Below are positions 42,550 to 54,294 of a DNA stretch of 64,000 nucleotides, piece after piece. This DNA is from Eledone cirrhosa (taxonomy: Eukaryota): positions 273,916,001-273,980,000 of the forward strand of contig OZ024741.1 of assembly GCA_964016885.1 (NCBI GenBank). The letters run 5' to 3'. How positions within the stretch are numbered: the first letter of the stretch is position 1; every line of letters begins with the position of its first letter. A program made the position numbers and the translations under genes. The notes under the pieces were generated by a model. It worked only from the letters and a program-made list of their open reading frames with translations. It was not told the DNA's origin and did not search any database.

Positions 42550-42637
42550 TGTTGGCCAAATGAACCTTATAGCAACAACCACCTTTCAGTAGAAGGTATG
42601 TTTATGCAGGAATTAATAACTTAATGAATGACATGGC

Positions 42638-43775
42638 ATTGGTGGTGATGGTGGTGGTTGTGGTGGTGGTGTTGTTGTTGGTGGCGGTGGTGGTGGTGGT
42701 GGTTGCGTTGGTGGTGGTTGTGGTGGTGTTGGTGGTGGTGTTGGTGGTGGTTGTGGTGGTGGAGGTGTTGGTGGTGGTGGTGGTTGTTGTGGTGGTTGTA
42801 ATGTTGGTGGTGGTGCGGGTTGTGGTAGTGGTGGTGGTGCTGGTGGTGGTGTTGGTGGTGGTGGCGGTGGTGGTGGTGTTGTTGGTGGTGGCGGTGGTGG
42901 TGGTGGTGTTGGTGGTTGTGGTGGTTGTGGTGGTTGTTGTAGTGGTGGTGGTGCTGGTTGTGGTAGTGGTGGTGGTGTTGTGGTGGTGGTAATGGTAGTG
43001 GTGTGATGGTAGTGGTAGTGGTGGTTGTGGTGGTAGCTGTAGTGGTGTGGTGGTAGTGATGGTGGTGGTGGTGGTTGTGGTGGTGGTGGTGGTGGTAGAG
43101 GTGATCGAGGTGATGGTGATGGTTGTGGTGGTGGTGGTGTATTGGCAGTAGTGTTGGTGTTGTTGTTGGTAGAGACGGTGTTGTTGTTGATGGTGGTATT
43201 GATGAAGGTGGTATGATGATGGTGGTGGTGGTGTTGGTAGTGTTAGTAGTGATGGTGGTGGTAGTAGCGGTGATGGAGGTGGTAGATGTGTTAGTAGTGG
43301 TGATGTTGGAGGAGGCACTGGTAGTGATGGTGGTGTGTTGTTGGTGATGATGTTGTTGATGGCGGTGTTGGTGATGGTGTTGTTGTTGGTGTTGGTGATG
43401 GTGTTGGTGGTGGTGTTGTTGTTGCTGGTGGTGTTGGTGGTGATGTTGGTAATGTTTTTGGTGGTGTTGTTATTGGTGGTGTTGTTGTTGTTGGTGGTGG
43501 TGGTGGTGATGTTGCTGATAATGTTGTTGTTGTTGGTGTTGTTGTTAATGGTGGTGATGTGGTGGTGATGGTGGTGGTGGTGATGTGGTGGTGGTGATGG
43601 TGGTGGTGGTGATGTGGTGGTGTTAGTGATGTGGTGGTGGTGGTGGTGATGGTGGTGGTGGTAGTGTGGTGGTGGTGGTGATGGTGGTGGTGGTGATGTG
43701 GTGGTGTTGGTAGTGATGTGGTGGTGGGGATGGTGGTGGTGGTGATGTGGTGGTGGTGGTGACGGTGGTGTAGGT
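42638..43775. repeat. Degenerate (GGT)n/(GTT)n trinucleotide field
   Basis: Direct inspection. Confidence 0.95.
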
Positions 43776-43904
43776 ATGGTCACGTGTCAGTGACCGTCAC
43801 ACTCGGCTAACAACAAGTAATTAAGCAAAAACAGGCCGCAGAGTAAGTAAAACGTCAGTTGAGGGTGAAACTGTAAATATCCGACTGGAATAATATCATC
43901 TCTG

Positions 43905-43984
<80 letters not shown>

Positions 43985-44005
43985 TACTGACAGACAGATA
44001 GACAA

Positions 44006-44041
<36 letters not shown>

Positions 44042-44124
44042 ACAAACATAGAGAGAGATGGAGAAAGAGAGATAGAAAGAGGTAGAGAGAGAGACAGTGA
44101 CAAGAGGGAGAGAGACAGTGAAAA

Positions 44125-44165
<41 letters not shown>

Positions 44166-44179
44166 GAGAGAGAGATAGA

Positions 44180-44625
44180 GATAAACAGACAGAGTGAAAG
44201 AGAGAGCTAGACAGACAGAGTGAGAGTGAGTGAGAGAAGAGATAGATATATAGAGACAGACAGAGTGAAAGAGAGAGGTAGATATACAGAGACAGACAGA
44301 GTGAAAGAGAGAGATAGATATATAGAGACAGACAGAGTGAAAGAGAGAGATAGATATATAGAGACAGACAGAGTGAAAGAGAGAGATAGATATATAGAGA
44401 CAGACAGAGTGAAAGAGAGAGATAGATATATAGAGACAGACAGAGTGAACGAGAGAGATAGATATATAGAGACAGACAGAGTGAAAGAGAGAGATAGATA
44501 TATAGAGACTGACAGACAGAGTGAGAGGGAGAGAGAGGGGGGAGAGTGAGAGAGAGAGAGAGAGAAAAAAGATAGATATATAGAGATAGACAGAGTGAAA
44601 GAGAGAGATAGACAGACAGAGTGAG
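44180..44625. repeat. 36-bp AG-rich minisatellite
   Basis: GAGACAGACAGAGTGAAAGAGAGAGATAGATATATA repeated about 9 times. Confidence 0.9.
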
Positions 44626-45015
44626 AGAGAGAGAGAGAAAGAGAGAGAGAGATAGACAGCCAGAGTGAGAGGGAAGGAGAAAGAGAGGCGGGTGAATGTG
44701 GGAGGGAATGAGTTGAGACGAGGTGGTCGTGATGTGGAGGGGGTGTTACCTAACTAAGTGTAGGTGTAGTGAGGTGGGTGGAGGTGTAATATTGAGAAAT
44801 ATTGACTGTCCCCTATTGAATATTGTTTCGACATGGTCCCAGTTGTGTTGTAGAGATAACATTGGGGTTGGGGTTTGTTGGGGGTTTTGTGGCGTGCAAG
44901 GGCGGCAGAAATATGAACTGACCCCTCCCAACGACCACCCCAAACAAGCAGACATCCTGTAACCCCATAACGTGACCGGAGTGGAATTTGTTGAATATTA
45001 TCAATATATATTAGG

Positions 45016-45077
<62 letters not shown>

Positions 45078-45118
45078 TATATATATATATAGTATATATA
45101 TATATATATATTAAATAC

Positions 45119-45167
<49 letters not shown>

Positions 45168-45175
45168 ATATATAT

Positions 45176-45247
<72 letters not shown>

Positions 45248-45255
45248 ATATATAT

Positions 45256-45292
<37 letters not shown>

Positions 45293-45425
45293 TATATATA
45301 TATATATAGTATATATATATAGTATATATATATAGTATATATATATAGTATATATATATAGTGTATATATATATATATATATATATGGTATATGTATATG
45401 GTTTATATATATGGTATATATATAT

Positions 45426-45462
<37 letters not shown>

Positions 45463-45488
45463 TATATGTATATGGTATATATATATAT

Positions 45489-45529
<41 letters not shown>

Positions 45530-45730
45530 GTGTGTGTGTGTATAAAATCACTGACGAAGGACTATTTTTATCATATGTAACCCATGTGCAAACCACGCAG
45601 TATTCTTCTTTCTTCTCATGTTTTTTTATATATATATATATACATGTGTGTATAATATATATATTATACACACACACATGTATATATATATATATATATA
45701 TATATTACACACACACACACAGACACACAC

Positions 45731-45802
<72 letters not shown>

Positions 45803-45842
45803 GAAAGGTATAGAAATTGTTTTAGTATGTATATATATATAT

Positions 45843-46036
45843 ATAGGAACCAGTAAGACGCCGACGGCTGATCTCAAGCCGTTTCGACGGCTAATTCTGA
45901 GTCCAGAATTAGCCGTCGAAACGGCTTGAGCTCAGCCGTCGGGGTCTTACTGGTTCCTATTACCCACTCTACTACCCCAAGTATTGAGTACTTTGGTGCG
46001 TTATGGTCCACCTGGTTCCTTACCACATTTCCTTCG

Positions 46037-46038
<2 letters not shown>
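45843..46038. mobile_element. Hairpin-plus-tail module, same family as 58610-59729
   Basis: Near-perfect palindrome 45843-45960 and tail 45961-46038, with (TA)n on both sides. Confidence 0.8.
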
Positions 46039-46288
<250 letters not shown>

Positions 46289-46350
46289 ATATATATTTAC
46301 AATATATATATATATATATATATATATACATGTGTGTGTGTGTCTGTGTG

Positions 46351-46385
<35 letters not shown>

Positions 46386-46419
46386 CATACACATATATAT
46401 ATAATAAGTTATTATTATT

Positions 46420-46605
46420 ATGATTGGCAGTATCGGTAGAGCGTCTGACGCCATGCTTTGCAGCAAAGAGTTACGGCCCTTTATGATATGAGTTCAAATT
46501 CCGCTGAGGTTAACTTTGCCTTTCATCCTTACGGGGCCGATAAAATAAAGTACCAGTAATGTACTGGGTAATTGCTGGCCTTGTGCCTAAAATAGAAACA
46601 ATTAT
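46420..46605 (+). mobile_element. tRNA-derived SINE
   Basis: TGGCAGTATCGG, GAGTTCAAATTCC and the common body. Confidence 0.85.
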
Positions 46606-46776
46606 TATGTACACAGCTATAAACAGATACACATTTTAGGCACGCATAAATGATGCATGCATAAATAATACATAAGATACGTACATACACACATATACAC
46701 AGAAACAGAGGCGCAGACACTGATACATACACACACACACACACGCACACACATACACATCCAAACACACAAACTC

Positions 46777-46808
<32 letters not shown>

Positions 46809-46860
46809 GTAAAATAAAGTTAAATAAAAGTCAAATGATTAAAATTTAGCTTCGTTTATT

Positions 46861-46915
46861 ACTGCTATATATATTTCAGTGACAGCCATCTTTGGCTGTG
46901 ACCTCTTCAGGCAGT
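46861..46915 (-). ncRNA. Minimal type I hammerhead ribozyme
   Basis: ACTGC-CTGAAGA-GGTCACAGCC aaagat GGCTGTCACT-GAAA-TATAT-ATA|GCAGT. Confidence 0.8.
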
Positions 46916-46981
46916 TTGAATTAGTATCTATATATATATATTAGTATCATATATATATATATTAGTATCTATATTAGTATC

Positions 46982-47066
<85 letters not shown>

Positions 47067-47211
47067 GTAGAGAGAGAGAGAGGTAGAATACCGACAGCAG
47101 CGCCAAGCACGCATTGAGTACTCCCATGATTAGTGGTCTCTACGGTCTCAGCGCCACACACTTTCATTCTCACTCTCTCTATCTCTTTTCTCTTTCTCTC
47201 TCTCACTCTCG

Positions 47212-47242
<31 letters not shown>

Positions 47243-47268
47243 CGTCCCCCCCCCCCCGTATCTCTCTT

Positions 47269-47303
<35 letters not shown>

Positions 47304-47787
47304 TGAGAGAGAGAGATTAGTAGATACATAGATAGATAGAACCAGTTTAAAGCTAGTTAGACCATAACTCAACAGAGTACTCGATACTTGGGATAGTAGA
47401 GTATGGTAATGTTTTAAAGAGTCGGGGCCGGATGCCTGAGTCTTTGCCGTTTCAACAGCTATACATATAAATTAGAGGTGTATATGAAGAGATATGAGAT
47501 ATCTTTAGGTATAATAAACACATATATGGCTGACAATGAATGTTTTAAGCTCTTATGTCATATCTACGACAGATGCTGTGTGAAAGCTCCTGATACTAGT
47601 GTTTCAGGATTATGATCCCTCATCAGTGGCGTTTACTTAATTAGTACTAAGACAAAGAGTACGTTATAGCTATAGCTGATATATTTTCTGTGCATAAAAC
47701 TATTCCTGGAGAGGTTCATTTGTATATAGTGTTATAGTGTGAGGTTAACGGGATAGGATTAATTATCAGTAGCACTAACATCGATAG

Positions 47788-48001
47788 GATACCCAGGGGT
47801 AAACCTCGGGTAAGATGGTTAGATAACATCCATGAGCTTGGTTGGTCTCGCTTGGGTAACCAGCCGGAGCAGTTGGAGATAGTTGGAGACTGTCAGGACC
47901 CGGTGGAAGGTGTGTTTGAGGACTCTGACACCACCACCACCTCGACCTTCTCGGGCAAAGAAGAAGAAGAAGAAGAAGAAGAAGAAGAAGAAGAAGAAGA
48001 A
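47788..48001 (+). mobile_element. RTE LINE 3' end with (GAA)n tail
   Basis: PRGKPRVRWLDNIHELGWSRLG. Homologous to 2910-3090. Confidence 0.8.
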
Positions 48002-48841
48002 CCCTTAGGGGTGGGGGGGGGGGGCAGGTACCTTTATCTACTTTTGTCGTCTCTCTAAAGGTAATCTACTTAATTTTTGTTATATAATCATTGACACTTA
48101 TTACAATGATTGTTTTGCTTTTTGGACGTTCACATTTTCAAATTTATAAAAGAATAAATACACATACAAATATAAAACTCAACCTCTTTTTATTTCTACC
48201 AGATTTAAAGTAAAAAAACAGCCGGGAACTCTAAAATGAAATGGAGGGTAGCAACAGACGAGGCCGGCAAGAAATAAGCGAAAACAACTATTTTTACGAT
48301 TTTTAAAGATATTATGTAATGTGATAATACCTCGGCAGTTCAGCTGAAGTAAAAAAAAAATATTTCAAACATTTAATGACTCTTTCTCATATATCTTTTG
48401 AGTGCGGAAATTAAAAGAGAAAATGTCATTACCTTGGATAATCTAAAATTTGATTTATTTAAAACAGTCAACACTGGGGAGGAGGACCTCGTTCCTCCGC
48501 CCCAAATTAAAAGAACTTTGCTCAATTGCGTTGCTACGGCAGTACACTGGTATATATATATGTGTGTGTGTATGTGTGTGTGTGTGCGTGTGTTCACGCG
48601 TGTGTGTGTATATGTATATATATATATATACTATATACTATATACCATACATATATATATATATGTCTGGAACGAGCTGTTGAAATGGCAAAAGCTCAGC
48701 CGTCGGGTCCCGACTCTTTATAATATATATATATATATATGTGTGTGGGTGTGTGTGTGTGTGTGTGTGTGTACGTGTGTGTGAGCGTGCGGTGTGTGCG
48801 TGTGTGTGTACGTATATATATATATATATGTATATATATAA

Positions 48842-48935
48842 ATGGTGGCTGCCAACTCGTTTTTGAGTACTGCCACTACTTTATATCCATGTAGGAGAAC
48901 CCCTACCGATGCGCTAAGGGGTCATCTCTCCCGGT
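48842..48935 (-). mobile_element. Ultra-short deletion derivative of the bipartite RTE element
   Basis: Sequence of 16646-16719 fused to sequence of 17037-17059. Confidence 0.75.
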
Positions 48936-49349
48936 ATATATATACACACACACATACACATATATATATTTATATATCTCAATCAGCCGACACAAACCTA
49001 CATTTGGCGCAAAATCAATTTTTAACATTCACATAACCTCTACCGACCAATCAAAATTGTTTTGACCACAAGAATTTTTGCAACACGAATTGGCGCGAAA
49101 CTTATTTTAATACATCTGGAGCCACTTTTTTCACATAAAACATGTAGAATTTCCAAAACTAATCAGATTAGAGCAAACATCACGGGCGCTCTATCTCAAA
49201 ATTATTTTTGAAAAGCATTAGAAATGCGCAACCGGTAAAACTTAAAACCAAAACTGAATACTAACCAATACTTATTACTAATTTTTACTTATTCCTAATT
49301 AAACTATTTTTCACTGGGAACAATTTGTCAGCATTTTCTTTTCCGTTTA

Positions 49350-49408
<59 letters not shown>

Positions 49409-50212
49409 AATTAGTATATCTACCAACATATATATACAGATGTATACCTATGCAAGCAAATATATAGGTTTTGTCTTAGTAACTTTGTGGTTCAATGCAA
49501 GGGGATGCAGAACAATTATATGAAAAACGTAAAATAAGAAAATTATAGTAATTAGCTTACTTAAATTTCACTCCAACTAATTAGTTTATATATATATATA
49601 TATATAATCAGTTACAACAGTGACATATGCAAATACTTACGATTCGATAGGTTTAACACCAATTCCTACAGTCTGTTATATTGTAGACTGAATGAGTTGG
49701 TATTAAACCTAACAAAACGAAGTCTCTGCATATACCACACTTTATACATAAATAACTATTTATACATAGCACGTTCCACAGACCAAGTGCATTAAACCCT
49801 TGGATATTTATCCCAACGCTCTACTATAATATATATATTTTATACATAACTAATCGATTGAAGCCGAAAAAAAAAAAAGAACAAGACATTTCTACACAAT
49901 TAATCAACTACACTTGTGCTTTACCGGATAAAAATAACATTCTTCTTCTTAAAAAATCTCTACAAAAGACCTTTTAATTTCTTTTTGCTGAGAAAATAGA
50001 TGTTTTATTTAGCACAATTAAGTAACTACTTTGTGTGTGTGTGTCCCCTGAGATATATCTTTTTTTTTTTTTTTGTAATTTCTTTACTGTATTGACTACT
50101 ATTCTCGTGTTTTGGGGGGACTCTCGTCATCCAAATCCTGACCATGCTTTAGTATTATGTACTAATATGGAAGTTGAAATGCGTGCAGACATAAATTAAA
50201 TGATTAGAAATA

Positions 50213-50326
<114 letters not shown>

Positions 50327-50339
50327 TATATATATATTA

Positions 50340-50414
50340 TATTTCATCTGATGAGCGATATCAGACGTTACTGTTAGAATCGTCTAACTTCGCGAAACCT
50401 TGGGTAATGAAATA
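50340..50414 (+). ncRNA. Type I hammerhead ribozyme
   Basis: Stem I TATTTCAT/ATGAAATA; CTGATGA 50348-54; stem II GCGA/TCGC plus AGACG/CGTCT; GAAA 50394-97; stem III ACC/GGT; GUA site 50404-06. Confidence 0.88.
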
Positions 50415-50441
50415 ATTATATTGTGCTGTTTATAACATAAT

Positions 50442-50500
<59 letters not shown>

Positions 50501-50546
50501 TTTAAAATATTAATAAATAAAGACGTTCACATAATCAAAATATATG

Positions 50547-50609
50547 TTTTATTATATATATTTCGGAGGTACTGTGCTGTTTTTTTCAGTACGTCCTCAT
50601 CAGATAAAA
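50547..50609 (-). ncRNA. Minimal type I hammerhead ribozyme
   Basis: TTTTAT-CTGATGA-GGACGTACTG...CAGTACCTCC-GAAA-TATAT-ATA|ATAAAA. Confidence 0.82.
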
Positions 50610-50859
50610 TACATGAATTGATGTATGACATACCTCAACTGTCTTGATGGTTCAATTCCAGTCTTTCTCTCTTTCTCTTTCTCTCTCTCTCTCTCTATAT
50701 ATATATATAGAGAGAGAGAGGTGGGAGGAGAGATTTGTAAAATCCCGACTGCGGCGCCAAGTGGTTTTGGCTTGAGTGTTCAGCAAGCCTTTCCGAGGGA
50801 GTAGTAATATCAGCTATTAAATGGAGGATATATATATATCTATCCTCCATATAAAAGAG

Positions 50860-50960
50860 TGGAGGCATGTAGAGGTAAGAGTGTTGGACTTACGATCATA
50901 ATGTCGTGTTCGATTCCCAAGTTAGGTTGTGTGTTGTGTTCTTGAGCGAAACTATACTCA
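50860..50960 (+). mobile_element. Diverged tRNA-derived SINE head
   Basis: GTTCGATTCCC B box, then GTGTTCTTGAGCGA. Related to 51335-51475. Confidence 0.55.
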
Positions 50961-51334
50961 GTTGAAAATGAGAATCACCAGTAACTGGGAGTTTAACCCT
51001 GCGATAGAAGGAGTCTATCACTTCCACGAAGCCGGGATAAACAAAGGCCTGGCGAACCTGCTGGCTTAAAACAGACTTTGGACTGTTGGACTATATGAAT
51101 GACTTCTACAGGACTAGAACTGTTTCATTTCTGTTTCCCAAATTCCCTCTCATGAGCCATAGAGGAAAGCATTTGTTCGAAATACCAGGCAGAGGAATAG
51201 AACCTAAAGCAACATAATTGCTAAGCGAACTTCACAAAGTCTTTCATACATATATAGTCAGTCGATCGACTTTCGTCCAATCGGACCGAGGAAACAATGT
51301 TTCCATGGGTCTTTCCAATTGCTAATACTATCTA

Positions 51335-51472
51335 TCGGTCGCAACTCCAGGTAGAAGGAGCAAAGTGAAATAAAGTGTCTTGCTCAAGGACATAACGCAT
51401 CGCCCGGTCCTGGAATCGAAAACACAACCTCACGATTGCGAATCCAATTCTCTTACCACTCAGCCACGCGTC

Positions 51473-51475
<3 letters not shown>
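51335..51475 (-). mobile_element. tRNA-derived SINE
   Basis: TGGCTGAGTGG A box, TTCGATTCC B box and TGTCCTTGAGCAAGACAC body. Confidence 0.7.
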
Positions 51476-51539
<64 letters not shown>

Positions 51540-51678
51540 TATGTGTGTCCTCTCAATAACAATATACACTAACCCCGACATATTGACCGTAAACCGATTC
51601 CTTTTATATTATCTTTACAAGTTATATATACGAAATTTCATATATATATGTGTGTGTGTGTGTGTGTAATGTATGTAC

Positions 51679-51763
<85 letters not shown>

Positions 51764-51767
51764 CTGA

Positions 51768-51800
<33 letters not shown>

Positions 51801-52356
51801 TATATACATATATATACATATATATATATACATATATATACATATATATAAATATATATATAAATACATATATATAAATATATATATAAATACATATATA
51901 AATACATATATATATATACACACATATATATACACACACAACTATGCAATCATACATACATACATACATACATACATACATACATCATACATACATATAT
52001 ACATATATACAGGAACACTTCTATGTGTATATGTTGTTTACACTAAAAAATGGTAGAGGTCAGAGTTCAGTTAAATAACACAAGATGCTCCACCTTGATC
52101 CCCCCACCCTACTGCCAGACAGATGTTATAAGGGTGTGGTGGTGGTGGTGGTGGCTGGCTGGCTGGCTGGCTGGTTGGCTTTGACAGGTGCTCCTCAAGT
52201 GGTCATATTCTCATGTCGCCCTGGATACGTGACAGACCAGCTTCCGTCAGTTAAGCTATTTGTAACTTTGACCTTCCCCCTCTCCCCGACATGTTTGAGT
52301 TAAGTTGACAAGATCCGTTAGCGTCTGTTGACAAAATGGCGTCGTCCTACAATGTC

Positions 52357-52389
<33 letters not shown>

Positions 52390-53280
52390 ACGCACACACA
52401 CACACACACACATACATAAAGCCACATTTGTACAACTCAAACGCACGCACAATCATACAGCCACAAATGCGCACACACAAACACACAACAACACACACAG
52501 TCATACATGCACACACAGAACCACGAACGGACACACACAAACACACAACAACACACACAACCATACATGCACATACAGAGCCACCGACGTACACACACAC
52601 AACAACGCACACAACAACACACTCAGCCATACATGCACACACATAGTCACCAACGCACATGCACAAACACATAACACACACAGACCCACATGCACACACA
52701 CAGCCACCAACGTATACACACAAACACACAACACACACAACCATACATGCACAGACATAGCTACCAACATATACACACAAACACACAACAACACACACAA
52801 CCATACATGCACACACAAGCGATAGCCATACGCACAGCCAAACACGCAAATACAATAACACACAACAATAAGCACAGCTACACATGCACACGCAAGTACA
52901 TAAACACTCATATGCCTCAAACACACACACACACAAACACAGAACAACACACATGCACACACAAGCACGTAGCTACGCACACACACAAACACACAACAAC
53001 ACACATGCACACACAAGCACGTAGCCACGCACACAGTCACCTAACAACATACATAACCACTCAAGCACACACAAGCACATAGCTACACACACACTCGCCC
53101 ACGCACTCCCAAAACCACACAAGATACATAGCCACACACAAGCACACACATAGCCTCGCGCACACAGCCACATATGCATTCACGCAAACACAAAACCATG
53201 CACACAACCACACACGTACACACAGAACTATTCACAATCACATACGCCCGCCCTCTCACGCACACATAAAACCACACCAA
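52357..53280. repeat. AC-rich degenerate minisatellite (~60 bp unit at 52450-52820)
   Basis: CCATACATGCACAC...ACACACAAACACACAACAACAC repeated. Confidence 0.85.
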
Positions 53281-53596
53281 TAACGTAGCTAGCGTTTGTT
53301 CCACCCAGGGCAGCCCTTCAGTTTGCCGACCCTGCGCCACAACAACAAATACATATTGCTCTTAATATTTAGTTATCCACCTTTATTTATCGTTTTGTGG
53401 TATTTATATGGTCTCTGCCTTTGGTCGTTTTTCTTGGTGTCACACTTTTTAACTGTTGTGTTTACTCTGGACAGTAATGTATTAACATAACCGCTCTATC
53501 GAGTGCTTTGTGATTGCCTCAACCTCAAACAACTAAGGCAGGTACAACTTCAATTCAAACCTAATATAATATACATATATATATATATATCTATCT

Positions 53597-53835
53597 AGGG
53601 CGGATAAATTTCCCGAGATTCATGGACGAGTTCTCTCCAGCGGTCTCTGTCCCTCATTATCGCTGCCATGTTCTGCGTCTCCAACAGACCAGTGTCTGTC
53701 CTTAGGGCATCAACATACGTTAACCTTGGTCTTCCTCTTCCAGTGTGTCCATGTAGGGGCTCCCACAGGAGCACTGAGTGCAATGTCAACTCTGGATGTC
53801 GGTGAGCATGTCCAGCTAACCTCAGACTCCTCTGT
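53597..53835 (-). mobile_element. RTE-like LINE 3' fragment
   Basis: SLRLAGHAHRHPELTLHSVLLWEPLHGHTGRGRPRLTYVDAL...DRDRWRELV. Confidence 0.8.
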
Positions 53836-53838
53836 GTC

Positions 53839-53898
<60 letters not shown>

Positions 53899-54294
53899 TA
53901 AAACATGAGAAGAAACAAGAATACTGCGTGGTTTTCACATGGGTTACATATGATAAAAATAGTCCTTCGTCAGTGATTTTCCAACCATCATTGGTATTTC
54001 ATCGCATTAAAAATCAGATACCTCAAGTTGGTGCGAGCAATAACTAAAAAAAGTTTTTGGGACCAGAATTCGCGTAAGGCGAGGGGGACAAGTAAACAAC
54101 ATAAAAGGATAAAAGCAAACCGAAGATAGGAAAATAAACAAGCAACATGGTTGTCCGGTCAGCATAAGCTAGATGGATTACATGAGCGAGAGAGGTACAG
54201 ACCGTGTTGATGTGTGTGAGATGTGAGCAAGAAGAGACCCACACAAGCCAAACGGGAGGAAATATAGATATAGATATAGATAGATAGATAGATA

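Noticed and set aside
42602-43783. 393-aa Thr/His/Pro-rich mucin-like ORF
   Set aside because: Degenerate trinucleotide repeat, open in several frames, with no splice or domain evidence.
45544-45625. CTGACGA-containing repeat (inverted copy at 53900-53980) as a hammerhead
   Set aside because: A real dispersed repeat, but I could not form stems I and II around a properly placed GAAA.
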